A DNA stretch of 62,597 nucleotides, counting the filler, from Atractiella rhizophila (lineage: Eukaryota): NCBI GenBank assembly GCA_021432655.1. It is 4 parts of 4 records of this genome, joined end to end, with 100 filler letters (N's around TTAATTAATTAA, not from the genome) between each part and the next. Parts side by side here need not be neighbours in the genome. Positions count along the whole stretch, not along the records: positions 1 to 27,961 come from MU271739.1; positions 28,062 to 38,779 come from MU271740.1; positions 38,880 to 53,446 come from MU271746.1; 1 more part is not named here. One strand, written 5' to 3'. Of the stretch, positions 25,481-39,238 are shown one piece after another. The position numbers were made by a program, and so were the translations under genes. Under the pieces are notes generated by a model that was given only the letters and a program-made list of their open reading frames with translations, had not been told where the DNA came from and searched no databases. Position 1 is the first letter of the stretch. The number at the start of each line of letters is the position of its first letter.

Positions 25481-25984
25481 GTTCGTTCCCTCACACTTTC
25501 ATCTCTTGCCTCGAGCCCATGATATCTCCAGGACATGTCTATCCGCCCGAACTAGGTTGCCTTGGTTGGCTGGGAAAGGGGGAACGGTGCGCCTTTCTTT
25601 GCGATCTTTTCCATCGCTGCAAAAATATCTTCCAGTATCTCATACCCTCAGCGCGTTACCGGGAACCGCAGAAGAATTATTTGGGTGAAAGAAGCCACGG
25701 TTCTCCGCTCCTTCCCTGGACAGCACGTGATTCACTTGAGACAACAACGATATTGTGGTGTCCTGTAGGAAACTATGATAAGTTTCTCTCCGCAGATACT
25801 ATTGCTAATATAACCTGGATATCTCCCTCCTATTGCGCCGTGTCTTGCTTCTCGCCATCAGCAGTGTCCATATCCCCACTCTTCCCCACAACCTGTCATA
25901 GCCCGAACACAGTTGCATTTTAAAGGCTTAGGGCCAACAAATCCACCCAACATCCCTCAGATTATCCACTTGCGAAGATACAAA

Positions 25985-27664
25985 ATGGGAGGCCTAGGAG
26001 CTGAGCTTTCACCAGATAATCTCACGATTCCTCAGAAAAATGTCGGATTCGTGCTGAGAGGAGTGAAGGATGTCGAATTCGAAGAGATGCCGATGGTGCA
26101 AGCATCTGATCTAGCTGATGATGAGGCTCTCGTATCTCCTCGAAAGGTGGTCACTTTCACTTACATCTCGGTCGAATCTCAATGTCGTTTCCAATCAGAC
26201 CGGGATCTGCGGCTCAGACGTCCATTTTCTCCAACATGGGAGAATTGCACATCTTGTCGTTAAGGCTCCAATGATATTAGGGCATGAAACATCTGCTGTT
26301 GTGGTGGGAGGTTCGGTCCTCTCAATTCAAGGGGTTGTCCATTGAGAACTCTGAAATAGTCGGAAAAGGAGTGAAGCACCTGAAAGCTGGGGATAGAGTG
26401 GCGCTGGAACCTGGGCAAACCTGTCGCGTCTGCTCGGATTGCAAGAAGGGGAAGTACGAGCTTTGCCCCCATATTGCATTCGCGGCTACTCCGCCAACCC
26501 ATGGGACTTTGCAAGGATTCTACCGGCTCCCCGCTGACTTGTGCGTATCCTCTCTACACCACCTACGGCAGCTGACTCGTAGTAGAGCTTACAAACTTCC
26601 TGATGTTTGTCTCAGGCCTTTCTCATCCTCTCGATTGTCGTTGACTATTGACATTAGAACGTCACGCTCGAAGAAGGAGCCATGATCGAACCTCTCTCCG
26701 TTGGCGTTCATGCCTTATGGAGAATAGCGGAAATGAAGCCTTCCTGGAACGTCTGCGTTTTTGGTTGTGGACCCGTTGGGCTCCTCACAATGGCGGCAGC
26801 TCGTGCTATGGGTGCAAGGAGGGTGATAGGTGTAGATATCCAGGCTTCTAGGATTGAATTCGCAAAGGGATATGCGGCCAGCGACACATTTATTCCTCCT
26901 GCCCGTCCGTTCTCTTGCTCAACTTTGATCTGCACAATCTGTTAACTTCTCGACGATGCGTCGTTTGAATGGTAGGGGAGGAAGGAGAATCGCCCATGCA
27001 GTACTCCAGGCGATCCGCTGAGCTAATGTCTGCAAAACTGAGCATCGCTGAAAGAGGACTGGAGGGCATTGATCTCGTCGTCGATTGTTCTGGGGCCGAA
27101 AGTTCAATCCAAACCGGGATTTGGCTCGTCAAACAAGGAGGGACCTGTATTCAGGTCGGGATGGGACACGAATTCGTCAACATTCCCATCACCGCCCTGC
27201 TCGTAAAGTGCGTTGCCCTTCCATTCTTAGTTTGACGGAGTTTGCGAAGCTGTAAAGCGGCGGTGACTATTTTCCTGATGGTTTTATATGAAGGGAAGTG
27301 AAGTTGAAAGGTTCATTCCGGTGGGTCCCGTTCTTCTCTAACTTTTTTCCCCTGGAAATACAATTACTAAATGTTGCGACACAAGATACGGACCTGGAGT
27401 CTACGAGAAAGCACTTGACCTGGTTGCCCGCAAGCTTGTGGATCTCAAACCGCTTATTACACACAGGTCCGTCTTCCATGCTCGCCCTGTCTATTCAGTT
27501 GCGATAGTTGCGCTGAAGTGCCAACGGATTGATGGACGGGTTTGATCGTGAATAGGTACAAGTTTAGAGATGCGAAACGCGCGTTTCAGACAACACAAGA
27601 GGGGAAAGGAGAGGATGGGGTGAACGCAATTAAGACGATGATTGATGGCTACGTTGGGGATTGA
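25985..27664 (+). CDS. Zn-dependent xylitol/sorbitol dehydrogenase (MDR family)
   Basis: TGICGSDVH, ILGHE, GDRVALEPG..CRVCSDCKKGKYELC, EPLSVGVH, VFGCGPVGLL, KGSFR; ends AIKTMIDGYVGD*. Confidence 0.95.
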
Positions 27665-27961
27665 AAATTTGGACTGGGGTGAAGTTGCCCTGTCAGCTTC
27701 TCTCATCGAGATGCGCCTCCGAAAGATTGAAGGAAATCAAAGCTGTTGAATGAGCATGTACCTAAATGAAAATTCAAAGTGCTACCGATCCATCGACAAT
27801 ATTGAAAATATTGACAGTTAAACCCTGGACGTTTCGTACCATTTAGCTGGTCAGATCTTTATGAGAATTACACATTAATGATTCTTCAGCCCTTATTGAA
27901 TACTTAGGAGCATCTTCCCTCAGGATTGCGTGCAACGATCAACTCAGCTCATTGTGATGAC

Positions 27962-28061
27962 NNNNNNNNNNNNNNNNNNNNNNNNNNNNNNNNNNNNNNN
28001 NNNNNTTAATTAATTAANNNNNNNNNNNNNNNNNNNNNNNNNNNNNNNNNNNNNNNNNNNN
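27962..28061. other. Artificial contig spacer (N44-TTAATTAATTAA-N44)
   Basis: Six-frame stop linker flanked by N runs, identical to the two other spacers. Confidence 0.97.
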
Positions 28062-28728
28062 TCCCAACATCTCCGGGAATTGAGCAGCGCCGTCAATCTG
28101 CTTGATGGATTTCCACCTCCTGGTGGTAAAGAGTTCCGTGGTGACGGGAATGTCCTTGAAGTCACGGAAGATACCGGTCTGGACGATGATGCCCTCGCCT
28201 GTTGTGTTCTCATTACCCCGGAGTAACATCAAAGGCCTAGAAAGACCTACCGAAGACGGGAGAGTAATGAGTGATGGGAGTTCCGCAATTAGCGCACGAG
28301 GTGTAGGTCACTATTTTTCCCAATCAGCACCCCTGTGACAGGTCAAGAGGAATACATACCGTCGTTACCAGAAAGGGATTTGGTGATCGTCTTCTTGGTC
28401 TCACCAGTGATGTGGACATCCTTCTGTTGAGCGACAATGTTGGTGCTGAAAGCGGCTATCATCCTAATCAGCGACCCATTGTCCATCCACACTCAGGGAA
28501 AACTGCTTACTTCCGCCAAAAGACTGGCAAGAAGTGCTGATCGTTCACAATTGATCAACCATCCTTTTATGTCGATGCAACAATGAGACGTACCAGTGGC
28601 AGCTACATTATCAAGTTCGATCAGTTGAGATCTTGATCGGGAAGAGACACATACATGATCTGCTCAGCATGGGTGGAGTCGAGCTTGACAGTCACCTTTC
28701 CGCAGAGGCATTGTCCAGAGTGAGGCAT
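28062..28728 (-). CDS. GFA/Mss4-like (CENP-V) zinc-binding protein, 3' end cut by spacer
   Basis: MPHSGQCLCGKVTV...I|CHC|TSCQSFGG|AFSTN...ELFTTRRWKSI. The CxC..CHCxxC motif includes a 9-nt micro-exon at 28594-28602. Confidence 0.85.
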
Positions 28729-30318
28729 GTTGTTTTGCTATGATGGTGAACGTGAAAGTGTGAACGTGGTTGAGATGTTGAGGGATAGTCAGTTTGACAG
28801 ATCTTTTATAGGTGTCCTGAAGGCTGCGCACGTTGGGTTTGCTTCCGATATCAGATCTATCCGACGCGTTCCTCCCTCGATTCCACCATCGATTCGAGCC
28901 CTGCCTCACCTTTCGAGGACACAGCATCAACTCAACGACCACTACGTTTACCTTGTCACGATATTAGTTTGTTGCGCAAACTCAGCACAATCGGAGCGGA
29001 AGGGTTGTTCCTGCGGTTTGCCTTGACCGAGCTGGTGTGAGCAGTCCCTTGCTCTCATAATCAGGGCTCGGAGGATTGGGCATTCCCAAAGCCTATAGAG
29101 TGCTATGGAGACGGGAAAATACGCGTGCAGTCGTATCGAAATATTCACATAGGGCTGGTCCTCCCGCTGAGTAATACCTTCCTGGCGTGACATATTGTGC
29201 ATTAACGTTCATATAACTTGACAGACGCCGAAGACAATCACTTGCCCTCGTGTAGTTGATAGGGTAGATACAAGGGATAACGCGGAGAATAGGGCTGTAG
29301 CGACAGATTCAGCCAGCCTGTGTGTTATGGTGAACTAATAAACATTTATGATGGCCGGTCTGCTCAAAGTAGAACTATTTTCTCCATATAGTGCATGCCG
29401 CTCTCGTTACCCACCTCTCCGGGGCACCTTCGTCATCTCCTCCAGCGGTAGTGGAGAAGAGTTCGATTCAGGTTGTTGACCAACCACCCTCAAATGCATT
29501 CTCTGTTTCTGCTTATGCCAACATTCCGTGACTGGGCCATGAGACTTAGCGTGAGTAACAGTTAAAATTTGCAGCTCGGACACAGTAAAACGAAACCTAG
29601 AAGCCCGACTGAGGTGGGGGACACGGGTACTTCCCCAGTGGAGTCCCTCCATGGCATCATTTCACGAGTTAGGATGCGCACCTCAGGCGCAAGTAGACGC
29701 ATGCACACGTGTTTGGAGGGTGGGGTGGATGCGCAGAGAACAAGCCAGAGCAAAACCCTCTCACCTGGGGGTACTCATGAGACTTATTGCAGGTTTGCGA
29801 CCGATTGATATGGGCCTTTATGTTTGTGTTGTTTAAGCTGTAATGGCTCAACTGGGAAGTCCTTGTGGTTTATTGGACCCAGGTCGTTCTGCTCGCTTCG
29901 CATGTTCGATCCTCTCCCTTGGCAGAGTTATCCCGTCGCTTGTTCCTCCCCTTCCTTAAGAATCGGTTTGGTACGGCGTTAAATCTCCTATCAACTTTAC
30001 GTAGCCGAGTCTGGCAACAGAGCAGGCTATAGGAGTGCAGGTGGCTTTTCAAGCTGAGATTGGAGGGGGTGGAGAAGTTATCGCCTTGATAGTAAAGTAG
30101 CGGAGTGATCCCAAGCATGGGGACAACTTTTTGTTCAGAGTTTTTTTCTTCTCATTCTTCATTCATTTTCTTCATGCATTCATTCATCAAGATTGCCTGG
30201 GGTATCATGGGGTTGTACATGTTCGTCACAATTGCACAAATTTTTCCCGACAGAAATACTTATTATTTATATCTTATCTTACAACTTCAAGGTGGGTTCC
30301 ACATTCCTTTTGACAATG

Positions 30319-31996
30319 TCACTGTTGCCCTACCTTCTTCACTTTCCGCAAGATATCCTCTTGGCTCTGGCTGTTCCTCTTTACAAAGTCAAGCATAGTC
30401 ACGGCAAGCCTTTCTGGTGCATCCTAGGAAGGAACCCGGTCTGTCAAGTAAGGGGGGCAAGACGTGGAGACATACCTCGTGTAAACAATGCCCTACTTCC
30501 TGGTAAACGACAAGCTGATATTTGCCTTTCCACTCGTCAGAAACGTTGCCGAAGTGCAACAATGAAGGACTCACCTTGCATCTGAGCCACCATCAACTCC
30601 TTATCCAATCTATCCGTGCCCGCCAACACCAATATTTTGGCAGCCTTGCACTCGAGAAACTTCTTACTCAAACCTTCGAACCATCCTCTCCAGTAGGGCT
30701 CTCCTCTACTCAAATCTGTTCGCCACGCAAATTGGAAGCGTTTACCAGGTACCTCTTTCTCAGGAGGTAGCTCCAATTCTTCCATCTCTTCTTCCATCTC
30801 GTCGCTCCAAGGAGCTTTTGTCGGGACAGAAAGTGAGAGTGATTGCGTCTCTGTGAGAGTCGGTGTTTGGGAAGAGGGGACAAAGAGCGATGGGACGGAG
30901 AGACGAGCAGAATTGAGATTGCGCAAGGTGTGAGATTTGATACTATTCCACAAAGGCGTTACTATGCTGATTCCATATGAGAGGAGGAACACGCACTGCC
31001 AGGAAATGGCGTCTTCGAGCGAGTTAAAACCGGAGGGACGATTGGAGATGATGGTGGGCATGTGGACTAAGGCGTCAAGTGCAATGTCTATGACGCGGCA
31101 TTAGGCGTTTGCTTCAGGAAGAATTGGAAAGTAACAATACCTTCAACAACATCCAAAATTCCCACGCCTAGCACTGGCGCAACGTCTGCCTGTATGAAAT
31201 TGCAAGCCTGAGCAACAACTGCTCCTCCCTAATCTCTCAGTTAATTTCGGAAGAAAGGACAACTTTGGAACCAACGAACCATAGAATGACCGATAAGGAC
31301 GAGTTTTGGAGCCTTCTCTTTCTCCGGGATGAGCGCTTTCAGCAATCCTACCAAATCACCGGAGAGGGTAGACAGCGCGAGGTCGTCCTCTTCCTCCTTT
31401 GGTGTACTGATCGTCTTTCCTTCATACAAAATATCACATTCACTCAAACGAGAAGAAAGGGGAGACGATACCATGACCTCGAGCATCGTAACTCAGAATT
31501 CCCATTGTCGGGTCCAAAGTGGAGATGTATTGAGCGAAGCAAGCGAAAGAAAGGCCAGAGTATCCAGCTCCATGGTGGCACACAAAGAGAAATCCGTCTT
31601 TCGAGGGAGGGGAGTAGTATGCTCGAAATGTTGTTGCTCCGACTTGAATCTCAAGAGCTTCCTTGAAGAAAGACACTGCCGAGAGAGGTGTGTAATCGGC
31701 GCCAGTTTTTCGGCGAGGGTTCGAGGTGCTTGTGCTGCAAGCTTCGTAAGTCTAGCAAAGTAATAGGACACAAACTACCTAGGACTCTTTGCCTGGCGTT
31801 CTGCTTGTCGCGCTTGAAAGTTAGAGAATCCTTGGAGAGAATCAGCGCTAAAGGATCCCTCTTCCTCCTCTTCTTCTTCCTCTTCCTCCTCTTCTTCTTC
31901 CTCTTCCTCCTCTTCTTCTTCCTCTTCGTTAGTCGGTGCGTCTGCTGGAAGAGAAGAAAATTTAGATCGTAGAAGATCGCGCTGGAAGGAGGACAT
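30319..31996 (-). CDS. PPE1: Protein phosphatase methylesterase 1
   Basis: VCHHGAGYSGLSFA, DARGHG, LIGHSM|GG, DVVEG, AKILVLAGTDRLDKELMVAQMQG|KYQL, GHCLHE|DAP. Confidence 0.95.
31859..31928 (-). repeat. (GAA/GAG)n coding microsatellite, poly-Glu in the PPE1 N-terminus
   Basis: Repeated TCTTCTTCCTCTTCCTCC units on the + strand encode about 23 consecutive Glu. Confidence 0.9.
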
Positions 31997-32227
31997 GATG
32001 GCCGTTGAGCACTTAGGCACGCGCAAGTTGCGCGCGATCGCGCGGCAATACTATCGCAAGAAGAGACGCTTGTGAGATGTCGTAATTCTAATTCTTTCGC
32101 TTTTGCCAATTCTGTTGCATTGTCACAGAGGTATTTCAAGCATGTCATGGTTAAACATATCGATTGCATTTGCGGTAGAAGCAATGAAGCTATGCAGATT
32201 CAGTTGCAATCGTACCTCCTCCGAGTC

Positions 32228-33168
32228 TTAATCCCTCAACCAAGCTAATTGGTGCTTCCTCTTCTTCTCTTCCTTCTTCGCCTTATAGCGTTCCTGGAGA
32301 ATAACACCATCAATCTCGTTCCTCCAACAGAAAAGAAAGGCTTACAACTTCTTTCCTTGTCGGTCTCTTGGATTTCCTTTTCTCCTCCGCCAACCCATTC
32401 AACTGGGCACTCTCCTGTTCGAGGTCCTTCAACTTTGTCCAGCCTTCATAGTCGAAGAAGAACTGATTTTGTCTCTTCATCCTCTCGATCTCCGACACCC
32501 TTTCTGGGTTCATAGAGACATCATTCTGAAAGCGACCAGTTCTAGCATTGAAGGACGCTGTCGCAGCATATCCTGAAGACGCGGCATGAGAGGCGGAAAG
32601 GGATGGATCAAGGTAGAGAAGGTCCGGATCGATTTCACCCGCTTCGTGGGTGGTCATTGGATTCGCAGGCAGTGGATGACGGTGTCTGCCCTCTCCACTG
32701 GTCGAAGCAGTACTGTTGTAGGTGTTGGACGAACCGGCCGAAGGGTCCATGGGGTTATTCCAAGTCGTCTCATTCGTCTTTGAATTCCAGAAGTAATATG
32801 CATTCGCTCTAAATTGATTGGGAATCACAAGTCAGTCAAAGCAGCCTCGTCTAGTAGAAATGTACCATCTTGTCTCGGACTCAAATGTGCACAACGAGAA
32901 CTCAAAATCGACCACTAGAGCCTCTGGAAGATGGAAGAGACTCCAAACGCTGTCCCACGTATCAAAGGCAAATAAATCCTCACTGAGCGTTCCACACGGC
33001 TGCCCAATCCCCATTTGTTGCATAACCTCCCTCGTTAGTTTCCGCCACCGGCGCTGCCTCCGCCTCTTCCTTGTCTTTCACATCATCTTCGGTCGGTTCG
33101 GATCTTGGCCTCTTGAGCGTCTTGCCGTTACTTTCAGCTGGTGTTTCTTGCACAGGTGAAGCTGACAT
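32228..33168 (-). CDS. WW-domain protein
   Basis: DWAAVWNAQ|ANAYYFWNSKTNETTWNNP (WW); ASFNARTGRFQ; KRQNQFFFD; ends KKRKHQLAWLRD*. Confidence 0.85.
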
Positions 33169-33674
33169 CGTCGTTCGTTATCTCTGGCGGTCGATACTTT
33201 TGGGGCTTGTTGTAAGTGAGCAGAACCCAAGGGGCGAACTAAGGCAAATACATGGGCATGTGACATTTTCTTCACCCAACGCCAAACATTTGAGCAAGCA
33301 GAGAGCAGAGACTTCCAGTTATCCTGTAAGTTGTAATATACAATGTTGACTTCCAACTGACACCTCTTCGAACAGCGGCAAGACAGCAGCAACGGTAAGA
33401 GACGAATGAAAGATTGAGCGGCAACGGAGGCATTCCTGGGCAGTGAGAATAACACAAATGAAAGGCTAAGTGAAGATGCTCCTTTGAACAAATATGATCC
33501 ATAAGAACCACTTCAAGGCATAAAGAAGAATAAGGGACAAAAAGAGAGGGATATGCAAACTGCAATGTATGCAGTATATTTTATTTTTGTTAACCAACAC
33601 TCGGTGGACTGGAATAACGAAATCTAGAAGTGAACGGATTAAATGACCAAGATGAAAGAATGCTGGATACCAAA

Positions 33675-36600
33675 CTAATTGTAGATTGGATGTCTGGACT
33701 TCCACTGCTCCCCTTTCGCGGCATACATATTGTCGTCGACATTCTCGAACTAAACACCCCTCATCAACATCCGTACTGCCAGTAACAAGAAGAGGCTCAC
33801 ATCTTCCTGGAAATCCTCATTGAGCTTGATCACGGTCTCAACATATGAAGCCCCAAATTCCTTGTTCTCGCTCAGCGCCAAAGCCTGAGCTGTCCGTGTG
33901 ATATTTTTGATCTGTCGTCCATTGAGACTTCTTTCGCTTAAAGCCTTCAGCTCCTTGAATGAAATCCTCGGCTTCTTCGTCCCTTCATTCGTCGGTGTCA
34001 GTGTGCCATTCGTGTAACCATTCGGTTCCAACTTGACGATGCGATCCTCAACCTCGGCGCCAGCAAGCGTGAGAAATTTGCGCCAGATGACCATCCGCTG
34101 TTCTTGATCCAGTGAAGGGTATTTCAACGCACATGAAATTCGAGAGAGGAAGGCAGGGTCGAATTGTTTCACTCGGTTCGTGGTGAGGATCATGACCCCT
34201 TGGAAATATTCAAGTCTGTGCACCACCATCCATCAGCTCGAACTCCGTCGTCTAGGTGAGACTAAAAGGACAACGTACACCCGTAAGAAGACGGCGACCA
34301 ATGCATTCCTGTTCATCTCATGCTCGCTTCGCGCTTCCAGGAACACATCAGCCTCATCGATCAGCAATACCGCCTTCCACTGTTCCGCCACCTGCAGACA
34401 GTCCCTGAGGGTCTGTTCGAGATCATAAGCCTGTGTTCCAAGCTGTCCAGAAGAGATGATATAAAGAGGTCGCTCGAGGAGTTCCGCGATACTTTCCGCC
34501 GTCAGCGTCTTCCCCGTCCCCGGAGGACCGTGAAGGACGAAGATGCATCCTCCGCCTTTACCGGATACGACGTCAGTGATAAGACTGGACTGGTTCGATT
34601 GTATGAGGGCTCGGATCATCTTTTTGTGGGAGGGATCGATGGTGAGGTGGTCATAGATGTCCTTGTTGAAAACGACAGGCGTGAAACCGTCCAGCTTCAT
34701 CTCTCCCCATTCTTTCAGGGCGAACGAGAAACCGTAGACGCTCCTGCATCCATCCAGTCACGTCAATCAAGGGGACAAAGCTTGAAGGAGGGTGGTGGGA
34801 AGGGACTGACGGTGGTGTCAATGCCTTGTCCTCTTCAGCCAGATGTGGTTTCTTCCCTTGAGCACCATAATCAATGTAGTTGGGATCATCGGAATCCTCA
34901 TCGTCCGAATCCCACCCTTCCCAAATATCGTCGTCGGCTAGCAACCCCAACCGAGCGACGTCAGGATTGTACGGGAATTGAAGGCGGAGCAGAACGCACG
35001 AGACATCCTCCTAAACGATTTGGTGTCAATCATCACCCTCCCATCCGCTCTCATCTTGATGACCTTTCCATTGACCCTCTTCGCAAGCGATCCCTCATAG
35101 ACCAGGAAGTGGGTGCTATCCACCAGACAACGAATCAGGAACGCGAACGAGGAGCAAAAAAGGGAAGGGACTCACCCAGCGTATTTCTCATACAGCTCCG
35201 CCCTCTTCACCAGCTCCTCCTTCACTTTATCAGGCATGGGATAAGCACCGAGGGAAGCGATCTTCCTCAATCCTCTGTATTGCATAATGTGGCGCTCGAT
35301 GGGCATGGAAATGTAACGATCTATCCGCATCCAACAGTTAAAAAATACCGTCGTAGAAGACGGAGAGCGGAGTGGAAGGTGGATGGCATTGAAAGGAAGG
35401 AAGCGCACCTCCATTCCAATGAAAGTTGACCCCGTTCAAACAGAACACCTGTCCCTGTTGCGACGAATGATACCTGCCCCGTTTCAACCTGAATCCCATC
35501 CTCTCTCCCGTCACAGCATGGTTCGTAGCCATCAACATCCCTAATCGTCCGTCCCATGAGTGAATATGTTACGGGAAAGAAAGGGAAGCCATACCGGGTA
35601 CGCAGATTGCCCAGAGCAGTTTCCATGGAACTTCTCCCCTCGGCTCGAGACGAGCAAGCTTCGCCTCGCTTCATCCAACAGTCAGCGAAACGTCGTGCAG
35701 AGAAGATGGAAACAAAGAATGAGAGAGGAAACTTACACACTCTTGAATTCCTCGGCGATGAACTCCATCAATACTTCGGTATGATCGACTCGCACCTTGA
35801 GTTCCTCGAGCGTATATTCCTTGTTGGGATTCGGATCGGGATCTTCGTCTTCGTCCTTCTCATCCTTCTCCTTCTCTTTCGTCTTCGCCTTATCTTTGCT
35901 CTCCTTCTCTTCCTCTTTTCCCTTCTCCTTCTCCTTCTCACTCTTCTCCTTCTCCCTTTCACCTTTGTCCTTGGTAGCAGTAGTTGAGGTAGAGGTGGGT
36001 GCTTCCTTTTCCAGCTCCGTCACCCTCTCCTTCTTAGCCTTCAACCAATCCCTAATGCTCTGCCTGAATGTGAAAACCTCCATGACCGTGACCGAGGGTT
36101 TATCATCGTAAATGGTATCAGATTCCTTGACATGCATCTTCAATATCTCCACCAGCGGAGCAGAGTTGATTTCGAGTACCTAATTCAATGACATAACCTT
36201 CTTAGTACATGTTTGATGTCTGGATAAAGCAAGGGGAAGGTAAACGTACCGTAAAGCCTTCTTCGTCTGAGGATTTGGGATACACCCTGTGTTTGGCTAC
36301 AAAGAGGAACTTGTCGTCTCCCTCGCTCTTGGTCTCTTTCACCTCCTCACGGTCCTTCCATACGACATTCTTGTCGTCCCAAATTTGTTCCTAACCCAAA
36401 CCAAGCCATCACTTTCCCAACACCAACAACCACAGACTAAGTAGAAAGACGCACAGTCTTCTTCCACCGCTTCCCATCATCCACTTCCTCCTTCTTATTC
36501 TCCTTCTTGTTCTCCTTCTCATCCTCTTCCTCCTCATCACTGCTCTCACTATCACTTCCGCTCGTCTTCTTCTCCTTCTTCTCCTTCTTCTTCTTCCCCT

Positions 36601-36877
36601 CCTTACCCCCCACTCCGCTCTCAGCCGTCGACTCCGCGCCCGTGGCTTTCTCCCAAGCAGTACGCGCAACCCTTCCGAAGGCGACGACTCCAAGGAGAAC
36701 GGTGACGAGGCCCGGTCCGGAGCTGGAGGGAGATAAGACGATGGGCGCGGGCGGCGGCGGACGAGGGAGGTAGAGGTGGGCGAGGTAGAGGGTGAGGAGG
36801 GAGGAGGCGGCGGTGGTGAGGAGGAGGAGGAGGAGCCGTTGGTTTCCCCCTCCGAGGCGGAGGAGCCGTTCGATCAT
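33675..36877 (-). CDS. Fungal AAA+ ATPase with N-terminal hydrophobic anchor
   Basis: DVVSGKGGGCIFVLHGPPGTGKTLTAE (Walker A), LLIDEADVFLEAR (Walker B), LEYFQGVMILTTNR, DPAFLSRI, LNGRQIKN. Confidence 0.93.
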
Positions 36878-37713
36878 TGTTGTGTGCTGGACTGGACTAA
36901 TGGAATGGAAGGATTGTGATGTGGACTTGCTGGATGGAAATGCAGAGAGAGCGCTGGCTTTTATGGGTGGAAAGGAAGCAACACGGCAGAAGGCGAGTCA
37001 ATCAAAGGTGACTTTGTACGAACGCGAGTCACCGTCCACGGAGTTCTCCAACCACGTGAGTCTCATCCGTCAAAACGAGAGAATTCGACGCGTTGCCATG
37101 TCTTCACTTATTCTCTGAGTTTCATGTACAGCTAGATATGACAGTTTCGGGCTGTTGATTCCAGGAAAGGCTACTGCCGTCACGATCATGGTAGGGGAGC
37201 TGTGGATTGTGATTGTCATGACCGACAGAGGCGAGTGAAGTGAGTGATCTGCTTGGATGGGATTTCGTTTCTTTACTTGCGAGATAATCGCTGCGAAAAG
37301 ATGCGGAACAAGGTCGTTTTCCCCTTTTCCTCTCTTCAAGTTGGCCATCGCTTGCACTTCATTCAGCATTCAGATTCATACAGTCTTTGATAGCAGTTAC
37401 ATCCTTTCTTTCGAAGACTGCGATACGGTGACGCTTGGTCAACTACTGAGATGTACTAGACAAGCATTGGAGCATGTAGAGACTGATATAATCTGAGAAT
37501 TAAGTAACGTGTTTTCTGCATCGAAGCTTTATTGCAAGAAATGGCGCGTACTGTTGAGGAGCATTCTGCTCCACCCTTCACCCAGGAAACCAATCCTTCC
37601 AAGAGAATACGGGAGAACCTGATACATTCTTTATTCGTACTTATTTAATGACTTGTGCAATGATAATGATGAACCATCCATCCTTTGCATGCATTCCGTA
37701 CTCACCATTAACA

Positions 37714-38779
37714 TTAGAAAGGAACATCCACATCCTGATCCACGTCAAAAAATCTCCCAGAATCCTCCAGTGTAATCGAATCTATCTTCTTAAGCACCTT
37801 TTCGATCACCACCGGAGGTTCCAGGGTGGCCTTTCGTGTTGTTCGCATCAGACGCCTTAGTGAGGAAACAGAGGACGACCTACCATATCTGTACCTGGTC
37901 TGTGCATTGTTGAGATGGCAATGGATGAGGTACGAATATTGATTTAAAGAGAAAGACGCACAACTCCGTCTTTGTGTATGCCTGTTGCATCAGCATCAGC
38001 AGACGGCCTTAGAAAGTGACTATGGAGGGAAGAAACGCATACTGGTTGAATGGCGAAGACGGTGATTCCTTCTTTATGCAATTCAACGGCGTATTTCCTA
38101 GCTGCCATGTTAAGAGCTGTAACCGTGTCGTTTGTTATTGTTTCCCACTAATAGGCGACCGAATCTTACCAACTTTCGAGACTATGACCATTTATCAGTT
38201 CACTTATGTGGAAAAACAGTGCGAAGACTTACCCGAATAACCACCTAGGCATCCCACTTTGAGAGGATCGAATGGATTGTCGAGGTTGTTCAGGGTGAGA
38301 GACGCCCCGCCTGTTGACAAGATAATTATCTTCTTCTCGCTGCCTCTCTTCACCAAAGGCAAAAAGAAGTTTATCGTCCTCATACTTCCAATAACATTGA
38401 CCTCAAACTATACACTCCGGAGATCAAAAGCAGTTCTTGAAGAGGAATGGAGGAAGAGACACACCGTCTGTTGAAATTCACTCAGAGGAGTGGTGCTAAA
38501 AGGCTCGTTAAAAAGGTCTTGAAGCGTTTTCTTTTCTCCCCCACTTCCCGTAACGACTCCAGCACTACCATCTTGGTTAAAGCTGCTGCAGAGAAGAAAG
38601 AGACGTGCATACTTGGCGATGAGGACGTCGATGCCCTTTCCTCCAATCTTCTCCTCCACTTCTTTCAGGGCAGCTCTCATTTCGGCCTCATTCGTAGTAT
38701 CTGCTTTCACGACCACGACATTCTGCCGTGCGCTAGCGAGGCTTTGCAGCTTCGTTGAAGTGGATGGGCTGCGAGCGAG
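37714..38779 (-). CDS. Classical short-chain dehydrogenase/reductase, 5' end cut by spacer
   Basis: IDVLIAN|AGV, FEVNVIGSMRTINFFLPLVKRG..KKIIILST, YxxSK region; ends DSGRFFDVDQDVDVPF*. Confidence 0.85.
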
Positions 38780-38879
38780 NNNNNNNNNNNNNNNNNNNNN
38801 NNNNNNNNNNNNNNNNNNNNNNNTTAATTAATTAANNNNNNNNNNNNNNNNNNNNNNNNNNNNNNNNNNNNNNNNNNNN
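38780..38879. other. Artificial contig spacer
   Basis: N44-TTAATTAATTAA-N44. Confidence 0.97.
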
Positions 38880-39126
38880 CGGAGTGTGTGAGTGCTGCTC
38901 GCTGGGTCTCCTTCTGGCGGTTCAGAGAGGAAAGGGTCGTCTTTTGGTTCTGAGGGGTTGGAGTTGGGATTGTTGGGGTCGTCAGGGGGAGAGTCGAGGG
39001 AGGCGTAGATGGAAGAACGCGAGAAGAGCACTGACATCCGCTTCCTTTCGTTTGCAGGTGCTGGTTCACCTAAATATGCTGAGTTCCGCTGTGTTGGTGG
39101 GTGAGGAGTTGCTTGCCAATGCGCAT
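38880..39126 (-). CDS. 5' fragment of a hypothetical gene divergent from the HECT E3, cut by spacer
   Basis: Open frame GEPAPANERKRMSVLFSRSSIYASLDSPPDDPNNP... after an AG acceptor. The start is uncertain. Confidence 0.35.
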
Positions 39127-39238
39127 GACGCGTCCGCTGACTTGATCGGATTCACGACCAAACGACGAAACCAACATTTTGCCACCACAACCACTCAGTT
39201 GCTCTTTACAGCACGCGAATAAGCTGAGAAAGCAAGAA

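Noticed and set aside
34320..35429. 369-aa + strand ORF
   Set aside because: Antisense shadow of the AAA ATPase exons with no independent domain.
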